Shown here piece after piece: positions 37,501 through 49,787 of a stretch of DNA of 64,000 nt (position 1 is its first letter; every line of letters starts with the position of its first letter). The stretch is from contig JASCQW010000190.1 in NCBI GenBank assembly GCA_030264375.1, positions 34,620,745 through 34,684,744 on the forward strand. Direction: 5' to 3'. The DNA is from Carcharhinus longimanus. Taxonomy: Eukaryota. The notes beneath the pieces are model-generated. The model saw only the letters and a list, made by a program, of their open reading frames with translations. It searched no databases and had not been told where the DNA came from. A program made the position numbers and the translations under genes.

Positions 37501-37694
37501 AGTTTTTGTTGAGTAAAAAGCCTACCCACATGAAGATCTAAAAACATTTCTAAAGGTATATCCACATCTCAATCTTCACAATACACACACATGCACCCAC
37601 AATTGCAAGTTGTGGAGTAGAAAGTTTCTTAGCCAAATTAAAGTTCCATGCAAAAGAGAAAAAAAAGTAGAGTCCTTTGCTGATATTAGTGGGC

Positions 37695-37920
37695 ATGATG
37701 TGGAGATGCCGACATTGGACTGGGGTAAGCACAGTATGAAGTCTCACAACACCAGTTTAAAGTCCAACAGGTTTATTTGGTATCACAAGCNNNNNNNNNN
37801 NNCGGAGCTCTGCTCCTTCATCAAGTGAGTGCATCACCTCATGAAGGAGCAGCACTCCAAAAGCTCGTGATACCAAACAAACCTGTTGGACTTTAAACTG
37901 GTGTTGTGAGACTTCTTACG
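37695..37920. mobile_element. Inverted pair of Penelope terminal repeats (palindrome)
   Basis: gaagtctcacaacaccagtttaaagtccaacaggttt is inverted relative to aaacctgttggactttaaactggtgttgtgagacttc; same repeat as 34103-34226 and 55528-55625. Confidence 0.8.
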
Positions 37921-38654
37921 ATATCAGAGGGTGCAACAATGGGTGGGATTCTCTGGCCGCGCTTGCCAGAGATTCCTTGTTGACTTTAATGGACCGAGAC
38001 GTGATCTGCCCCCCGCCCGCTAGAATTCCAGTGGCAGGTGGGATAGGAGAATTCCAGCAAATGTTTCTCTCTGGTGGTTTTGAAATTCCAGGAGTTGAAG
38101 ATTATGTAAACTATAATTTCTGGGGATAGTCTCTTTGTGAAAACATAGTCTGTCTTTCCCAATATTCTATGAGTTTAGCACTTGAGGCTCCTTTCAGTGG
38201 AAATTCTCTGTCTTTGTGCTGGATTTCAAACTTTAGTAGACATAGGATCTTGAACTTAAGAGAGAAGGAGAGAGGGAGAGTATTACAACCCCATTGACAG
38301 ATATCTGCCAGTTACTGTTCAGCAGCTTGCGTGTTGTGAGGAGAGATTTCAAAAATGATGATTCCAGTCACATGACCTCTCTCGCCATAATGCTTTCAGA
38401 AGGTATTTGCTTGGTTCATGTCTGGACAGACAGTAGCTATTGTTTTATGGCTGAGGTGATTAAATTCTGTAATGCGCAAGCCATTAACTTCAGAATGAAT
38501 CTGTTTCCAATTTGATGAGATATGTAAAACACCTTTCCATGCAGCTGTTGTCCTTCTAGACTTTCTGTCTCTGCTTGACAGGTGGCCTTATAGAAATGCA
38601 AATGTGAAGTCACTCTCACTTCATCGCTTGAGTTCAACTCATTTTCTCATAATA

Positions 38655-40490
38655 AGATCAAGACTGTAATGAGGTCAGGAGGTGAGTGTCTCTGTCAGAA
38701 CTCTGAGCGCCAGTGAGCAGGGTTGTTGCTGTGTAAGTGCTACTTGATAGTGCTGTCGGTGGCTCCTTCCATCACTTTATTGATGATTGAGTAGCCGGAT
38801 GGGGCAGTAATTGGCCAGGTTGCATTTGTCTGGCTCTTTGCGTATCTCAGCAGATATGCTATTGTAGATGTATTGAATAGTTTGGCTGCGGGCACGGCTT
38901 GTTCTGCAGTCTTTAGTACTAATTCCAGAATATTGTCAGGGCCCATTGCCTTTGCAGTATCCAGTGCCTTCAGCTGTTTCTTGCTATCACACGGAGTGAA
39001 TCGAATTGGCTGAAAAATGACATCTGTGATCCTCAGGGCCTCAAGAAAAGGCTGAAATTGATCATCCACTCAGCACTTCTGGCTGAAGATGGTTTGAAAT
39101 GTTTCAGCCCTGTCTTTTGTGCTGATGTGCTGGTCTTTGCCAACTTTAAGGATGGAGATATATGTGGATCTGCCTCCTCCTGTTAGTTGTTTAATTGTCC
39201 ACCACCATTCGTGGCTGGATGTGGCAGGACTGCAGAGCTCTGATCTGTTCTGTTGGCTGTGGGATGACTAAGTTCTGTCTATCACATGCTGCTTTCAGTG
39301 TTTACCATGCTAAGTACCGTACAACACAGTATTCTGTTGTAACTTCACCAGGTTGACATCTCATTGTACGTATGCCTGGTGCAGCTGCTGGCTTGCGCTC
39401 TTCATTGAAGCAGGGTTGATTCCCCAATTTTTTAATAATGTGCCAGGTCCATACAGTGGCACAGTGGTTAGCACTGCTGCCTCACAGTGCCAGGCGCCCA
39501 GGTTCAATTCCCAGCTTGGGCCACTGCCTGTGTGGAGTTTGCACCTTTTCCCAGTGTTTGCATGGGTTTCCTCCGAGTGTTTAGGTTTCTTCCCACAATC
39601 TGAAAAATGTGATGGTTTGGTGGATCGGTAGTGCTAAATTCTCCCTCAGTGTACCCGAACAGGCGCCAGACTGTGGCGATTAGGGGATTTACACAGTCAC
39701 TTCATTGCAGTGTTAATGTAAGCCTACTTGTGACTAATAAATAAACTTAATGATTGAGTTGGTTGTACAGGGCCATGAGGTTACGGATTGTGGTTATGTG
39801 CAATTCTGCTACAGCTCACTGTGCCTCATGGATGCCCAGGCTTGAGTTGCTAGGTTTGTTCAAAATCTATCCCATTTAGCACATTGGTAGTGCCATGCAA
39901 CACAATGGAGGGTATCCTCAGTATGAAGATGAGACTTTGTCTCCACAAGGACCATGCAGTGGTCACTCTTATCAATTTCTGCTATGGATAGAGGCATCTG
40001 TGACAGGTGAGGACAAGGTTGTGTTTTTTTTCCCCTTTTTAGTGTCCTACACACCTGCTGCAGACCCAGTCTTGCAGTTTTATCCTTATATCCAGCTCAG
40101 TCAGTGGTGGTGCTACCAAGTCACTCTTGGTAATGGACTTTGAAGTCCTCCAACCAGGATACATTCTGTGGCCTTGACACTCTACCAACTGGTGTTCAAT
40201 CTAGAGGACTGCCAACGAATCAACTGAGAGAGAATTTATGATAAGTTTCCTTGTCCATGTTTAATCTGATGCCCTGTGACTCATGCAGTCCAAAGTCAGT
40301 ACTGAAGACTACCAGGCTGTATACCACTGTGTTCCTGGTGTCTGGAACACAGTTTGCAAGATTTAACAAGTCAGAGTCAACTTTGGCTCAAGTCTCCAAA
40401 TACTATATGGAAGACCTTGCAGGATCAACACAGCCAGGTTTTCAGTTGCTATTTCCAGTGCCTAGGGGTGGTGTCCAGTTTTATTCCTTT
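38655..40490 (-). mobile_element. CR1-like LINE ORF2 remnant, interrupted by a SINE
   Basis: LKALDTAKAMGPDNI..VLKT (ORF 38740-39069) and endonuclease-side SDHCMVLVETKS..LHCVAWHY..KWDRF (39860-40054). Confidence 0.8.
39455..39750 (+). mobile_element. Shark tRNA SINE inside the LINE
   Basis: Head gtggcacagtggttagcactgctgcctcacag; tail gtaagcctacttgtgactaataaataaac. Confidence 0.92.
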
Positions 40491-40764
40491 TAAGTTTCAC
40501 ACAATCAAACATTTCAAAAGCCTTTAAAGCACCATCCACTTTGTTGTGTGCTTGAGTCAAGTGTAAGGCAGAATAGGTAAGGATGGCAGACGTCCTTCAC
40601 TAAATGATATTAATGACAATGAACAATAGTTTCATCATCTAGATTTATTAATTAAACTTGAATTCCACGAGTTGCCGTGGTGATGCTTGAAGCCATGTCA
40701 CCAGACCATTAGCCTGGGTCTCTGGATTACTAGTCCATTACCACTATGCTGTTGGCTCCTGAGG

Positions 40765-41175
40765 ACAAAAAATAAAAATCAAAGAACAGTACAACACAGG
40801 AACAGGCTCTTCTGCCCTCCAAGCCTGTGCCAATCATTATGTCTGCCTAAACTAACACTGTATGCACTTATGGAGTCCATATCCTTCCATTCCTATCTTA
40901 TTCATGTATTCGTTCAGAAGCCCCTTAAATGCCGCTATCGTACCTGTTCCCACCACCTGCCCAGACAGCGCACTGTGTAAAAAAACTTGCCTCATACATC
41001 TCCATTAAACTTTTCCCCACACACCTGAAACCTATGTCCCCTAGTACTTGACTTTTCTACCCTGGGAAAGAGCATCTGACTATCCACTCTGTCCATGCCA
41101 CTCATAACCTGTAAACCTCTATCAGGTCGCCCCTCAAACTCCGTCATTCCAGTGAGAACAAATTGAGCTTATCCT
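40765..41175 (-). mobile_element. CR1 LINE 3' fragment
   Basis: Reverse complement of CR1 3' end (acaggaacaggctcttctgccc...gtaaacctctatcaggtcgccc). Confidence 0.8.
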
Positions 41176-43731
41176 GTGGTATCACTTCAGTTCACGTTTA
41201 CCTTTCCTTCTGTTATGTTTTTTCCCATTTCAGAGCAATCGTTCCATGTGCTGATTTTTATTATTTTTTACTGGTTTACATCTAATGAACTTCAAGTACA
41301 TCCTCACCTTATTTCCAACGTATTTGCTTCTTCTTCCCCACCCACAGTAACGGTGATACAGGCAGAGGTCACACTTTCCAACATAACAGGGCTAAAGGTC
41401 ATTTTCAATTCTGCAGTTTAATCATCATCTACCATTACATCCTTTGAAAAATAAGCGTAAGGATGCACACATGTACAGATAATTTCAAGATAGCGATTCA
41501 TTCAAATAATTTACCTTACTAATTGCAAGTAGTTAATTGAAAAAAATGGAATACAATTTTTGTCTGCTTTAGTAATGCAACACTGGAGGGAAAGACGAGC
41601 TTTCTCACAAATCTCTGGGATGAACAAGAACGCAGTAGTGACACCAATTTTGTCTTTTAAAAAGCATTTAGATAGTTGCATGGGGTGCGATGGCTATAGA
41701 GGGATATGGGCCAAATGTGGGCAATTGGGATTAACAGGGGTTTTAAAAAAGAAATGGCGGCATGGACAAGTTGGGCCGAAGGGCCTGTTTCCATGCTATA
41801 AATCTCCAATACTCCTCTTTGACTCAATGTAAGAAATGAGCATACTGGGGCAGGCTCATCAGAATTGAGATCACAGTAGCAAGTCCTTGAGAGATATCAA
41901 GCATTCCTATGTATGTGTGTATTCTGGTAATCAGTAAAAAAAAGAGCAGTGTATGTGTGAGCACTTAACCAAGATATTCACTAAGCTCTGACAAAGGGTC
42001 ATTCAGATTCAAAACGTTGGCTCTATTCCCTCTCCACAGATGCTGATTTTCACAGATTTTCCAGCATTTTGTGTTTTGGTTTCAGATTCCAGCATCTGCA
42101 ATATTCTCCTTTAAGCCAAGATAAACAAGCATCGCAAAGATACAATGCAAGAAGCACAAGCAGCTGCCCCAATAGCCTGGTGGGTAGATGTCATAGTACT
42201 GAGTGAGAAAAACATACTGAATCTTGATCCGTTGTGTATTAGTTATTTCAGTGACATTAGGGTGCTATTATTGTCCCTAGTAGCTTTGGCTCCTTGCTAG
42301 GATAGGAGGAGAAAACCATCTCTGGTTCCCATTTCTGAGTGTTATTCTGAGACTCCAGCTGGCGAATGTGCATATGTAGATGTCAGGTACCAATTGCACT
42401 GGATTCAGCTCTATAATCTTCTACAGTTAAATAGCCTGCTGTCAATCATAGTCCAGGCTCACACATGAAGATAAGATGCTTTGTCAAGGTGGCAGGTGAA
42501 ATCACAACCCAGGAAACTGCAAGAGTTTCAGTAAAAGGGAAGAGGAGAAGGGACAAAACATATGCAAGGCTGTGCCAAAGCTTCATCAGAAACCTAGTGA
42601 TTGAAAGACGTAAGAATTGCACAGGTGGGCACTGTGAAGTAAAGCACTATATCTGAAGGAAAGATTGCAGGAAATGAGAGTACCCCTGTGAGAAAGAACA
42701 GCATTGTAGCAAAGCCCATGGGAGATAAAAGTGCTGTAGCTCAGCAGTGCAGAATGTGAATAGCACGGCACTATAGGAAATGAGAGCATTGCAATTAGTT
42801 GCTACAGGAAGCAAGCACAGTAAATCACCTCGGTAATTAGAGCATTGCACAGCCTTGTATCTACATTAGCCATGTGCCATCTTACCTTCTCATCTCTTCT
42901 CATAAGTTTGTGGAGCTTGCAGGCTTTTCTGCCCCACAAATTACAGCTCATTCAAAAACTTGGCTACTTACAGGAATGTCTACACCCCCATTCTCCACAA
43001 GGTCCCTGCATCAAAGCTAATTGATTTAATGACCATATACTGAAATACCTCCAAGGCCTTGCCCCACATTATCTCCACGATCACCAACCATACAGACTCT
43101 TCCCTCTGATATCAGCTTCCTTCTTACTCCCTCCATTCCACCACTCTTTCATTTAGCTTTACATTGAACTCGCAATTGCTATCAATTGACTGGGGGTTAA
43201 CAAAACAGTAAACCCAACAAGAGAGTGACCTGTTGGCAGTGTTTCTTATTGCAGCAACCATTTGATGGAATTTGATGAATTGGGATTATTGGACAAATTA
43301 ACCCTAAAAATCTACGAAACTATTGAGATCAATGTTGTGCTCTGGAGGTCAGCCATCTCCATCGCTGTAAATTACAGGGGCAGCTCTTTTACATATCCTT
43401 CTGTTCACTGTCTCAGCACAAGTATAGCACAGCAGTGCTGCACCATGGCTGAGGGGAGCCGTGGGGCTGGGGGAGGGTGTGGGATGNNNNNNNNNNNNNN
43501 NNNNNNNNNNNNNNNNNNNNNNNNNNNNNNNNNNNNNNNNNNAGGGGACTGCTGGCTTCAAAACTTCAGGATTGACTGAGATTGCAGCAATAGGATGCAA
43601 GACCAGTAGGCAAGTCAGTAAACACAGATAGCCCATTAGATTTAATGAAGGGTTTGTCTATAATTTTGTACCTCTTTTAGAGCATTTGTTGAAATAAATA
43701 CATTTCAGACAGACCAATGTTCAAACACTTT

Positions 43732-44030
43732 ATAGAATCCCTACAGTACAGAATGAGACCATTCAGCCCATTAAACATGCACTTGGACTCTATCCAAATA
43801 ACTCCACGTATTTACATCGCCAATCCCCCGACATTAAGGGGTAATTTAGCATGACCAATCAACCTTACCTGCGCATCTTTGGACTACGGGAGGAAACCGA
43901 ATCATCCGGGGGAAACCCACGCAGACACAGGGAGAACATGCAGACTCTGCACAGACAATGGCCCAAGCCAGGAATCGAACCCAGGGCCTTGGAGCTATGA
44001 GGCAGTAGTGCTAACCATTATGCCGCTTTC
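43732..44030 (-). mobile_element. HE1-type SINE
   Basis: Head, body and CR1-like tail on -. Confidence 0.9.
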
Positions 44031-44095
44031 TGGAGGAGATAGTTTATGTTCATTGAGGCGCACTCCATTCCTTCACTTCCACCTCCAGGAGTAGG

Positions 44096-45133
44096 CGTTA
44101 TGATCTCAATAGGTGAGTCACTGTAATTTGAACTCCCAGTTTTTAAATGAAAGAATTATGCTATATGGTTTATACAAAAACATTTATAATACAACAATTA
44201 AACAAAGCAAGTACTGCTAACCTAAAACTATATGTCATAAACACCTATTCTTTTAAATCCAAAAGTCTCAACAGAACACTTTATGCTGTTTTCATTTCCA
44301 CACAAGAGAACCCCGATACTTTATAGGATTTTGAGGGTTCTTTCAGTTCTCCTAGGACCAAGCCAAGGTGTGCCATAGCTCTCCAAAATTCACTTTAATT
44401 CTCCTCTGTGTTCCTGCTTTTCTCCACGGGGCATAATTCCTTGGGATTCTTCCACTAACATCCGGGTATCCAGCCTTCCAACTCTCCTCCAACTTCCTTT
44501 CAGGACTTCACGAATGTGGTCACTGCAGCCCAAGGGTGGGTTTCATTGCTTTCTTTCTTAGTGACTCCACAACAGAAAACACCCTTGGGTTCAGATAGCC
44601 TCTGTCATGAGTCTTCTGCTCTTGGGAGAATTTCTAGAAGCTGATTCCTGCTCCAACTGATTGTTTCTGTGCAGCTAAATACAAAATCAAAAAATATCTC
44701 CCTGCAATCTATTTCTGTGAAAATGTGGCACACCTGGAATGTGTCAGATAGGGACTTAAACTAATTATCTCCAATTCCAAAACACATCCTTTGACCTGAA
44801 AAGTATATAGATACTTTAAGACCCTCCCTTGTTTTCCAACCTCCCTTTGATTGGGGGAAATTACATGTTTAATTTATATTACTAAAGTGGACAACTTCAA
44901 TTTTACAGGAGTCATTGGTTGCATTACAAAGTTAAGAGAGAACCACATGTTTTCCCACATCCAACTCTGTCCTTAATGAATAGACTAGGCTACCCTTTGA
45001 TTTGTAATTTTTAGGTGTGCTTACCAGCTTCTCACAAGTTGTTTTAATTTACCTTGCATTTAAAAATTTCATTCCCCAAACCAAAAGTTATATCTCTAAC
45101 GCACAGGAACAATGAAATTACATATTCATAACA
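44096..45133. mobile_element. Solo LTR of about 1 kb
   Basis: Ends (c)GTTATGA ... TCATAACA are inverted; flanks tagg/cagg look like a 4-bp TSD with one mismatch. Confidence 0.6.
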
Positions 45134-46673
45134 CAGGAAATATAGAGCTGATTGGGAGGCTCACTTAAAACCAAAGAAAATGGTGAAATCAGTAAGGCAC
45201 AAGGTTACTCAAACTCAAGATCAAGAGGTGAAGCCAGCAGATGGCAATCTGTGGACTCCAATGTTGCCCCTCTGTNNNNNNNNNNNNNNNNNNNNNNNNN
45301 NNNNNNNNNNNNNNNNNNNNNNNNNNNNNNNNNNNNNNNNNNNNNNNNNNNNNNNNNNNNNNNNNNNNNNNNNNNNNNNNNNNNNNNNNNNNNNNNNNNN
45401 NNNNNNNNNNNNNNNNNNNNNNNNNNNNNNNNNNNNNNNNNNNNNNNNNNNNNNNNNNNNNNNNNNNNNNNNNNNNNNNNNNNNNNNNNNNNNNNNNNNN
45501 NNNNNNNNNNNNNNNNNNNNNNNNNNNNNNNNNNNNNNNNNNNNNNNNNNNNNNNNNNNNNNNNNNNNNNNNNNNNNNNNNNNNNNNNNNNNNNNNNNNN
45601 NNNNNNNNNNNNNNNNNNNNNNNNNNNNNNNNNNNNNNNNNNNNNNNNNNNNNNNNNNNNNNNNNNNNNNNNNNNNNNNNNNNNNNNNNNNNNNNNNNNN
45701 NNNNNNNNNNNNNNNNNNNNNNNNNNNNNNNNNNNNNNNNNNNNNNNNNNNNNNNNNNNNNNNNNNNNNNNNNNNNNNNNNNNNNNNNNNNNNNNNNNNN
45801 NNNNNNNNNNNNNNNNNNNNNNNNNNNNNNNNNNNNNNNNNNNNNNNNNNNNNNNNNNNNNNNNNNNNNNNNNNNNNNNNNNNNNNNNNNNNNNNNNNNN
45901 NNNNNNNNNNNNNNNNNNNNNNNNNNNNNNNNNNNNNNNNNNNNNNNNNNNNNNNNNNNNNNNNNNNNNNNNNNNNNNNNNNNNNNNNNNNNNNNNNNNN
46001 NNNNNNNNNNNNNNNNNNNNNNNNNNNNNNNNNNNNNNNNNNNNNNNNNNNNNNNNNNNNAATAACATCCAAGAGGCTCTAGTTCACAAATGAAAACTAC
46101 AGTGCAACTAATTGTGGAGCAGAACCAAGCCTTGCCCCAGGACTCACATTTAAAAAGCCTTACATGCTTAGTTTACATCATAAGCCCACTCAAAATGACA
46201 GGTAATTCAGGACCATTACTTTTTTTAAAAAGTTTATTTATTAATCACAAGTAAGGTTTACATTAACACTGCAACAAAGTTACTGTGAAAGTTCCCTTGG
46301 CGACTTCTTGCGAGCTGTCCTCAGCATACCCTCTAGTCCTGTCATTTACTCTTGTTCTATGCTTTTAAAACTTAACTCTAACTCTTGTCTTTGACTGTAA
46401 CACTATATTCTGTACCCTCTCCCTTCCTTCTCCCTCTATGAATGGTATGCTTTGTCAGTATAGTGCAAGAAACAATAAGTTTCACTGTACCCCAGTACAT
46501 GTGACAATAATAAATCAGATCAAAATCAAAATAAATGTCCCAAATTGTTAAAATCATATGAATCGTTCATACACACTAAAATACATCACTGAATGTAAAA
46601 TCTTTCTAAAACTTTTAATAGAGAGAAACAAAACAAGCTCAACATTTCAAAATCAGAATAAGGCAAAGAAATG

Positions 46674-46679
46674 TTTATT
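46674..46679 (-). terminator. Candidate distal poly(A) signal of PEDS1
   Basis: AATAAA on -, followed by a U/GU-rich downstream element (reverse complement of 46620-46655); more proximal AATAAA at 49455-49460 and 49054-49059. Confidence 0.5.
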
Positions 46680-48274
46680 AATAAACTCGACTTAAGATAG
46701 TTGATACATATTTAAAGTGTAATCCCCTCTGGCTCCAAGCAGTTCATTTTCAAGCATTCTTGGTTCTAAAATGTAAACAGGAAAGCACAGCTGTGGCTGA
46801 CATCGCAATGAAACACAAAGTACGATCAGGACTCCCACTCAATACAGACAATCTCGTGCTCCTGGTCAGCCTGGGATAAAGTACATAACTCATCAGGTTG
46901 CATCATTTTAATTTGGAAAATGAATGAACCCAATGTACTAAACCAAAAACATGTTTCCTGATCCCTTAGAAGGCGCAAAAACAAATTGTTTCTTAAAAAA
47001 AGTGAACGAACATATGGATTGAGAAGCACCATAATGAGAAGCAGTGGAAATTATATCCATATAAATGGGCTGACTTGATAGCTCAACAGGAGCTAAGCAG
47101 AAATATAATTCACATCTTACCCCATTCATACAATACCTGATATCCATAGAATACTACATTTCATTCATAATTACATTTAATGTGCACAGTACGTGAAGAC
47201 CAAAGTGACAGAAAGAGTAAAGAAGGTTATATTCTCCCAAATAAATTCAGTGTTGAGAGAAATTGACAGATTAAGGGATTAAGCTAGATAGTGGTTATTA
47301 AACGTAAAGCTAAGAAGCAGGCGACAGGTGCAGATCTACACACGTGAGAGCGAGGACCCACGCAACAATTAAACTAACATACAAAACACAGCACAGGGAT
47401 GAGTGTTTGATCCAGAGAGGAGAGAGGCCTAACTGCAGCTGCCAGAGTGGGATCATGACACTTCAGGATCTGCATCGGTCGAGTGATGTTATATTTCTAT
47501 TTCAGTACCATCGCCAAGGTCATCTCTAACTTTAGTAGCAGCACTGCACTATAAATGAGACAGAACTAGTGCTTCTGGCAGCACCCATCACACAATGCTT
47601 CTCTGCACTGTCAGAAGCAAATATAAAAGGTTTCTGCCACTGGATATGCATGTGATATTGGCATATTTACGACTGCAATTTTATTAGCACACTCAGATCT
47701 TCACAAAGTCTGTGGCCTGAAAACAAAACTGCAATTAGGGTTTTGCAAGAATGGCGTATATGCAACTGCTTATGTTGGCACTAGTGCCCCGAGCTCTACC
47801 CCACATTATAAATGGGACAGACTGTCCGACTCAGAAGGGCTACTCTGCAGGGTAAGTTTAAGTGGTAGCTCTACAAAATAGACATCTGTGGTTTCTGTAA
47901 CAAGTGAGAGCAGGGTCTAGAATTTGCCGTCGGAATAATGGTAAGGTTGTCAGCACTCATTGTTGTTGCTGTATAAAACTGACAGCAAACTCTGGCACCC
48001 CACATGCGCAGTTAAATGCGGAATTTTGTGACTTGTTGTCAGGGTTATGCAGCTCCCACAAAGGCTGTGCTATTGCAGTCTTCATTGATACACTCATTAG
48101 AAATCACTGATTTGTCACGAACTTCAACGGGTTATAGATCATTCCTGCTGCTAAAAAGTAATGAAAACATTAATAACTCCAGATGGAGCAAGACTTGAGT
48201 TTTTAACGACATGTTAAGTCACAATTGTTGCAGAACGAGTGCACTGGTCTGAGAAACTAATTTTACAAATACAT

Positions 48275-48490
48275 AAAATGTTGGAAAATCCCAGCAGGTC
48301 TGACAGCATCTGTGGCGACAGAATAGAGCCAACATTTCGAGACAGGATGACCCTTCGTCAGAGCACCTGATGAAGCTCTGACGAAAGATCATCCTGATTC
48401 AAAACGTTCTCTTGCCACAGATTCTGTCAGATCTGCTGAGATTTTCCAGCATTTTCTGTTTTTGTTTCAGATTCCAGCATCTGCAGTACA
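48275..48490. mobile_element. Penelope-associated palindromic repeat with hammerhead-like cores
   Basis: Arms aaaatgttggaaaatcccagcaggtctgacagcatctgtggc and gccacagattctgtcagatctgctgagattttccagcatttt; CTGACGA..GAAA-type motifs on both strands; half-copies at 37370-37495 and 41983-42105. Confidence 0.75.
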
Positions 48491-49665
48491 TAGCTTTTAA
48501 ACTAAGTTTCTTTGAATTTCTGTTTATATATTTCTTTCCCACTTAGCCTCATCTACCTGTCACAATCTACACTTAGCTTTCTGAACAATGGTTTAAACGT
48601 GCTTTATCCCTTTACTTCCTGCCTTGCTGTGTCAGAATTCTTCAATCAGATCAGTGAATCAGCCTGCCAGCGGTCTGCCCTGTTGCCAGAGGCACTGATC
48701 CTCTGTAGATGGCACAAATTGAAACTGAGGTCCGAGAAGAGGAAATCTACACTGTGATTGAAGAATCTCTTTGGGGGATTTCTTAAAAGTCAGAGACTGT
48801 TCCTGTTCCTTTGCCATCTACCATAAAACATGGACCATGCAGATCCTTGCCACAGAATCATTGGATATATATTCCCTTGTCTTCAAAATCAAGTAAGTAT
48901 TTCTCATTCTGTAGTTGTGGGTATAACATACATTTCCACAGAAGCTAAGAAACAAAACCACTGCCAGATGGACCTATTAACTCATCGCTGTAGCTCCTCA
49001 CCAGAGCTGTCTCACAACCAAAGTAAACAGTAAAATATTCTATGATCCTCTTGTTTATTCATGATGTAACTGTGAGGCTACATTAGGCGTGTGAAGGCTT
49101 CTCTGACTTGGTTCTATATTATGATGTGTTACCTCACATGAAGCAATCATCAATGTCAATGCTGAAAAACAATGAAAATACTTTGCATCGTTACAAAACT
49201 CAATCAACTTTGTATGAAGTGCGTATATGAGCTGGTTCAATTTACTAGGGTTACAATCATGTTAACAGTGCTTAAGGCTGATCAGTCTGCAATTATTCTT
49301 GCCACAATCTTTCAAAGGTCACCATTAAAATGGGACCCAGATCTTTTCATTTGCTTAAAATGTCGCTGGTGCTATTTTTGTTTATATTATTAGTACAAAA
49401 TAACATATACATGGTCGGCATTTTATGCATTAAAATAAAGTGGTAAGCAAACAATTTATTTCTACACCTTTATAAGCAGCTCATCTGAATGGCAGCAATG
49501 ACTTTGCAAATAAAGTGTCTTTCGAACGTACATCACATCATGTAGTGATGCAAGTTTCTAGATGCTGGTCAAGATTTAGGAAAGGTATTCAGAAGCTTCT
49601 TCTCTAGGTAAGCATGGTCCAGCCTCATCAGTTGCCCAATGTGCCATTAGTCGGCTAACAGTCTG

Positions 49666-49787
49666 CTATTCTGTCTTGTGGGCCCACTTCATATCGTCAG
49701 TCCTGGGCTCGTGTCCAGTTAGATTTGTTACCAGATACTCAAAGTTCCGCCAAAATCCAATCTTCTCCAGGAGATAATTCAGCCACC
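49666..49787 (-). CDS. PEDS1: Plasmanylethanolamine desaturase 1 (TMEM189) terminal coding exon
   Basis: Acceptor ttgttgtactcag|GG; GWLNYLLEKIGFWRNFEYLVTNLTGHEPRTDDMKWAHKTE* matches the recalled TMEM189 C-terminus WLNYPLEKIGFWRRLEDLIQGLTGEKPRADDMKWAQKIK. Confidence 0.95.

Noticed and set aside
45152-46093. Long 270-313 aa ORFs
   Set aside because: Almost entirely N-gap (X residues); artefacts.
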